Under the pieces are notes generated by a model. The model had not been told where the DNA came from. It searched no databases and was given only the letters and a program-made list of their open reading frames with translations. Shown here in pieces: positions 58,301 through 64,000 of a DNA stretch of 64,000 bases. Source of the stretch: an uncultured delta proteobacterium (GTDB taxonomy: Bacteria; Myxococcota; Myxococcia; Myxococcales; Anaeromyxobacteraceae); NCBI GenBank assembly GCA_963845515.1, contig CAWJSR010000055.1:1-64000 (forward strand), in the 5' to 3' direction. Within the stretch, counting starts at the first letter, position 1. Every line of letters starts with the position of its first letter. Position numbers and translations under genes: made by a program.

Positions 58301-61300
58301 TCGCCGTCGCCGCGTCCTTGCCGCCGTGGCACGCCGTGCACGCCAGCGCGGACTGCGCAGCCCACGTCGGCGCCGGCGTCTGGTACGCGATCGGCCGCGC
58401 GAGCGGCAGATCCACCGGATCCCCGTTCGAGTGGCAGTAGGTCGCGCACGTTCCAGTCGGTCGTCTTGTAGACGAGCCCGGTCGTCAGCGTGGTGTCGTT
58501 CTGGCCGTCGCCCGAGCGTGTACGGCGTCGCGCCGCTCGTCCAGTCGAAGCGCGACGTTCACCGCGAACGGGGTCGTCGCCGTCCCGCCCACGCTGTCGT
58601 TGTAGTGGTTCGCCGCCACCGTCGAGTGGCACTTCCCGCAGTTGTACCCGTACTGGGTCGTCGTCGAGGCCGGCGTGGTCGACGCCGTAAGCCGCCGCCG
58701 CCTCCGCTGCGCCCACGTGGAGTGCGTGCTCACCGCTCGTCGTGCGGGTTCACGTAGTGGCAGTCGTTGCACCCCGTCAGCTCCTTGAAGGCGGTGGTGG
58801 TGGTGGCCGCGTTGTGAGGGTGGCACTTCGTGCACTGCGCCCCCTGCATGTGCGTGCTGGTGGTGCCGGCCAGGTAGTACTTAATCTTCGCCGTGTCGGT
58901 GTGACACACCTGGCACACGCCGTTCAGCCCGTCCGTCGTGTTGTTGTCGACGTAGTCCGCGGGTCGAAGACGTCGTCCGCCAGGTTCAAGTTCGGAGTTG
59001 AACAGCACCACGTCTGGTCGTGAACTCGGTGGCGTCGGGGAGGCCCCACCCGTTCGCGTCGATGATGTCGTGGGAGCGTGATCGGCTGCTCGTGGATCAT
59101 GTACGCGAGCACCTGATGCTCGGAGTCGGTGTTGAAGTCGCCGTGCGGATCGTGGCAGTCCCAGCAGAACTCGCCGCCGGAGTGGTTCGCCCCGTGGTCG
59201 GCCGCGTAGTGCGTCGCGGTCACGCGCGCGGTGGTGCGTCGCCTTCTTCAGCAGGAGGGGACCCGTCGAGTCCGGGTCGAACCCGCTCGCCGGCGTCAGC
59301 CCCGGCACGCCGTCAGCCGCGTGGCAGACGAGGCAGTTACCGTTCTTCCCCCACGTGACGTCCACGCTGGTGTTGACGAGCCGGAACGGGTTGGTGGCGT
59401 CGGCGTGCGGCGCCTTCTGGCCGCCCGAGTACCGCGGCATCTTCGGCGTGTGGCAGTAGAAGCAGCCCTCGTTGGCCATCTGGCCGTCGTAAGTCATCCC
59501 CGGGACCCCGGTGTTGCCCGACATGCCGGTGGCCGTGAACCCGGTCGTCCGTCCGTGCCCGTAGGTGCTGTACTCCGTCGGCGTGATGACCGACTTCTGG
59601 CTGCCCGACGAGGAAGATGTAGTCGTCCGTCGTCGGCTGTGCGCGACGTGACAGTCGCGTGCAAGGCCCCTCGACGATGGTCCCACCCCAGGTCGACGGC
59701 GCCGCAGGCGGCGTGTGGCACGACACGTTGGTGCAGATCGGCGGCTGTGTCGCCCCGCTCCGCGGCATGTAGCTGATGCTCGACGTAGGTCGGGGAGAAG
59801 GCGATGTCCGCCACCTGGTTGAGGTGCTCCCGTTGTTCAGGATCGTGGTGCCGGTCGCGTCCACCGTGTCGTAGTGGCAGTCGACGCACGCCGCCTGGCT
59901 ACCCACGTGCGGGTTGTGGCTGTTCGCGGTGATCGAGGTCGAGCCACCGTTGACGTAGTTCGGTTCGCTCGCCTTCACAGTCCAGCCATAGCCGGTGTCG
60001 GCCGGCTGGTAGCTGCCGTGGCAGCTCGCACACCCGGTCAGCGGGGTCGTCCAGGGCTTCGGGAAGTACTTCGGCACCGTCGCCCCGACGTACTTCGAGC
60101 CCGCCGAGTGGCAGTAGGTCGTGCACCCGCCAGCCCCGCCCGAGACGTAGCTCAGCCCGGCGTCGACGTCCGCCGCCGCGTTCACGTGCTTGGCGATCGT
60201 CGTGATGGTCGGGGTCCCGTCCGTCGTCCCCGCGTGGCACGTCTGGCAGCCGAAGGTCGTCGCGTAGACCGACGCCTGGTTGGTGTGGGCGCCGTGCGCG
60301 TTGTTCACCATCGTCGTCGCGTAGCCGTGGCAGGACGCGCAGGTCGAGGTTCCGTTCCAGGCGGTGGACGGCCCGGACACATACCCGTCGGCGCCGTTCC
60401 GATCCGCGCCGTTCGAGTGGCAGTAGGTGTTGGAGCAGGTGTAGGCGACGCCGTTGTAGCCGCCGCCCGAGTTGTTGGGGCCGGTCGCGTCGAACCCGAC
60501 GTCGCGCGACCCGTCCACGTGCTGGCCGCCGCCGGCGACGATCGCGTTGCTGGCGCTCGTCACGGTGTTCACGTGGCAGCGGACGCAGGTGTAGGCGTAG
60601 GTCGAGACGTGCTTCTCGTGCTTGGCGGAGAGCCCCGTGCCGCTGAAGACGGCGGTCTCGTGGCAGCTCGTGCACGTCATGTTCGCGGCGGTCGCCCACG
60701 TGATCAGGTTCTTCGTCGCCAGCGTCCCGCCCAGCGGCTTCCCGTTCGAGTGGCAGTAGTTGCTGCTGCAGTTCGGGCTCGCCCACTGGGGAGCCACCAC
60801 CGGCGAGATCGCGCCCGTCCCCGTCGCCAGGTTGCTCCACCCCATCGCCACGCTGTTGTTCGCGTGCGCGCGGTCGTTCGCCACCGGCTTCGTGTGGCAG
60901 TTGTTGCAGTCGAGCGGCGCGACCATGTTCGTCGCCCCCTCGTCACGCACGTGCGCGTCGTGCGCACCCACCTGCACCACGGTGGCCGACGAGTTCCCCG
61001 CCGCGTCCACGCCCGTCCCGTTGTACCCGGGCGCCGCCGCGAAGTTCGTCGGACCCTGCGCCGTCCCAAGCGCCGCCAGCACGCCGTGGCATGCAGTGCA
61101 GCCGTTGTTCGGCTTGTCCGTGCCGCCGACGGTACCGCCGTTCACGTGGTAGGTCTTCGCCGTCCCGGACAGCCCACCCGTCGAGTATCCCGTCCCGTGG
61201 CAGTTCGCGCAGGCCGTGTTGGACGGGTGGACCACCGCTGGCGAGCCCGACGTCGCGGGAGAGGCCCCGTGGCACTGCGTGCAGGCAGCGGCCGCGTTGA

Positions 61301-64000
61301 AGTTCGTGATCCCCGTCGCGCTCCACTGCGCTACGACCGTCTCTCCGGCCAGCGTCGCGCCGTGACAGTAGTTGACGCACGTCGGCGTCCCTTCCCACGC
61401 CGTCGAGTAGGCGTTGGTCCCCGCGAGCGGCGTCGGCGTCACCCCACCCGTCGTGGCCAGCCCATTCCACGCTGCGTCACGCGTGCCGTTGTGCTGCACC
61501 GTCGAAGGGTGGCACTCCGCGCACGCCAGGCCGTTGGTCCGGTAGGTGTCGCTGTCCACGTGCTGTGAGGTGCGCTCCGACGCGCTGGCTGGTGCTCGAG
61601 TCCGGCGTCATCCACCGGCGGTGCGCCCTTGAGGTTCGCGTCCACGGTCCCCACGATCGACTTCACGCGGGTCGCAGAGCCGTGGCAGTCGCCGCAGGCG
61701 AGCGTCGCGCCCCACTGCGCGTTCTTGTTGCCGTGGCAGCTGATGGCGGAGCAGGTCTCACTCGCCTCGTCGTAGGTGAAGGTGATCCCAGGCCCCGCAG
61801 AGACGTCTCGCGTGTTGTCCAGGTGCTGCAGCCCGTCGGTGATCAGCGCCCCCGAGGTCTGGACAGTCGTCGCGTGGCAGTTCACGCACTCCGTCTTCGC
61901 CGTCGCCAGCACCGAGCTCAGGTGCTTGTCGTGGCTGTTCCGCGTCTTCACGTTCCCGGTGTTGTTCGCGTAGTTCGGCTCGCCGTACACCGCGTTGAAC
62001 GCCGACGGCGTATCCGACCCGTGGCACGCGAGGCAGTTGTCCGTGATCGCGCTGCCCCACGTGGCCGTCTTGTAGTCGGCGGCGACGAGCGGCGGCTCAG
62101 TCCCGTTCGAGTGGCAGTAGTTCGTCCCGCACGCGCCGCCGCTCCAGCTCGCCGCGTCCACGTCCTTCTGCCCGTCCACGTGGTTCGCGAAGCCGGTCGT
62201 CGCGTCGATCGCCCCGTCCGCGGCACCGATCGTCGCGTCGTGGCACGTCACGCACCCCAGGTTGGTGCCCAGGTAGGCCGCGGCGTTCACGTGACCCGTG
62301 TGCGAGCCCGTCGCCAGCTTGTACGTCGCCGACGAGTTGCCGCCGTGGCAGTTGTCGCAGTCCGCGTCCGTCGTCCCCGTGCTCCAGCTCATCGCCGTCG
62401 GGTTCGTCGTCGCCCCGAACGCCGGTCCCACCGTCGTCGTCCCGTTCGAGTGGCAGTACGTGGACGTGCACCCGTACCCCGGGGTCCCGGCGTAGACGCC
62501 GCCCTGCTGGTTCACCGTGTCCGCCGGGAACGCCACCGCCGAGAAGTCCACTTCCTTCGTCCGGTTGACGTGGTTCCCGACCGTCGCGATGCTGATCGAC
62601 GAGTCGTCCGTCATCGTCGGCGCGTGACACTCGTCGCACGTGTACGTGTAGCCCGTCAGGTGCTTCGAGTGCTTCGCCGACAGGTTCGTCCCGCCGAACG
62701 CAGACACCGCGTGGCAGCTCCCGCACGTCATGTCCGCCGCGCTCGTCCACGAGAAGGCAGGCGCCAGCAGCGTCCCTCCCAGCGGCGTCGCGTTCGAGTG
62801 GCAGTACACCGTGCTGCAGTTGGGCGACGCCTCGAACGCCGCCCCGAACGCCGCCGGGTTCGGCACCATCGTCGACCCGTTCGTCGCCAGCGCGCCCCAG
62901 CCGATCCCCACCGCCGCGTCGGCGTGCGTCGTGGTCCCGTCCGTCGGCTTCGTCCCGTGGCAGTTCGAGCAGTCCAGCGCCGCGACGCTGTTCTTGCTCC
63001 CAGCCGGCCGCACGTGCGCGTCGTGCGCACCCACGCTCGGAACCGAGACCAGGGCGGACCCGTTCGTGTCCACGCCGGTCCCGTTGTAGCCAGGCGCCGC
63101 CGTCATCGACGTGTTCGGCACCGCCGCAGCGGCCACCCCGGCCAGCACGCCGTGGCAAGCCGTGCACCCGTTGTTCGGCTTGTCCGTCCCGGCCACCGTG
63201 CTCTGGTTGACGTGCGTGTCCTTCGCTTCGACCGTGATCCCGCTCGTCACGTAGCCCGCGCCATGGCAGGCCACGCAGTTGGTGTTCTGCGGGTGGTCAC
63301 CAGCGCCAGCGTCCACCGCCGCAGGCACGCCGTGGCACGTGCCGCACGCCACCTCGCCCACTCCGGCCGTCCACGTCGGCGCCCGGTCGCTCCCGCCCAT
63401 CTCCGTCCCGCCAGGCGCGTGGCAGTACGTGTTCGAGCACGTCGCCCCGTCCCAGGTCGGCGTCTTCGTCCCGCCGTTCGTCGCGACGGTCCCCCACGCC
63501 ACCTGCTTCGTCCTGTTGTGCGTCCAGCCGTTGTGACACTCCGCGCACGCCAGCGCGTTCTGCCTCAGCCGGATCTGGTTCGCGTGCGCGATGTGCGCTC
63601 CCACCGCCCGCGTCGTCGTCAGCGTCTCGTTGCCGAGCCCTTCGGGCGGCGAAGCCTCCAGGTTCACGTCCGCGCCGGCCACCGGCGTGCGCGCCGCCCC
63701 GGTGTTGCCGTGGCACCCGTTGCAGGCGAGGGTCGCGCCCCACTGCGCGTTTCCGCCGCCGTGGCAGTTGATGCTGGTGCAGGTCTCGCTCGCCTCGTCG
63801 TAGGTGAAGGTGATCCCCGACCCCGCAGAGACGTTGCGGCCGTTCTTCAGGTGGTCCCCGCCGCCTGCGACCAGCGCGCCCGAGACCTGGACCGTCGTCG
63901 GATGGCAGCTCACGCAGTCCGCCGCCGCCGCCACGTGCTTATCGTGGCTGTTCCGCGTGTCGGGATCGCTCGTGTTGTTGGTGTACCAGGGGGCGCCGGC
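55381..64000 (-). CDS. Giant CxxxxCH/CxxCH-repeat multiheme cytochrome c (3' part; 5' end outside the window; several frameshifts)
   Basis: About 65 heme-binding motifs counted across ORF pieces 61439-63934, 59337-61559, 58730-59686, 57636-58415, 56783-58003, 56196-57410 and 55313-56359, including ~13 CX4CH and ~3 CX3CH. Reconstructed end ..SRPLNY-TAG at 55381. Confidence 0.85.

Noticed and set aside
55381..64000. Programmed frameshifting or phase variation in the giant cytochrome
   Set aside because: Frame breaks are scattered, not at evident slippery or simple-repeat tracts, and similar indels hit unrelated genes throughout the window.
1..64000. tRNA, rRNA, riboswitch, prophage or defence genes
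   Set aside because: None recognised by eye. A covariance-model search (Infernal/Rfam, tRNAscan-SE) would be needed to exclude small RNAs in the gaps at 21190-21465 and 25408-25774.

Overview
The window appears to join two unrelated sequences at about 6236-6290. Segment A (1-~6235) is a very indel-rich, Nitrobacteraceae-like (Rhodopseudomonas/Bradyrhizobium-type) housekeeping stretch: ilvE, mutL, arfB, a pair of M16 peptidases and Rhizobiales-type intergenic palindromic repeats. Segment B (~6290-64000) looks Myxococcota (Anaeromyxobacter-like). The taxonomy is my inference from gene content and style, not a database result. Segment B begins with a hybrid kinase, typA, two convergent glycan-biosynthesis blocks, a stand-alone rplC, a degenerate histidine kinase and an RpoH-family sigma factor. 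It then contains a locus of over 40 kb that looks dedicated to extracellular electron transfer. Regulation: a heme-c-binding sensor kinase, a sigma54 activator and two GG-N10-GC sigma54 promoters with paired upstream palindromes. Export and assembly: a 17-heme cytochrome, a PpiC-type chaperone, an orphan HTH protein, a barrel/coiled-coil/AgmX-type envelope protein, an outer-membrane beta-barrel, two NHL lipoproteins and a 12-heme cytochrome with an OmcE-like N-terminal domain. Putative filament subunit: a separately promoted and terminated OmcE-like tetraheme cytochrome. Modification and maturation: four TMTC-like GT-C/TPR glycosyltransferases, methyltransferases and a system II cytochrome c maturation module (CcsA plus two ResB-like genes flanking a spermidine-synthase-like membrane protein). 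The window ends in the 3' 8.6 kb of a giant CxxCH/CxxxxCH cytochrome with about 65 visible heme motifs built from ~2-kb, ~17-heme super-repeats. The best candidate for a new system is this integrated locus for building, glycosylating and regulating a cytochrome nanowire. Many genes are split by single-base indels that look like long-read errors, so starts and ends of frameshifted genes are approximate.
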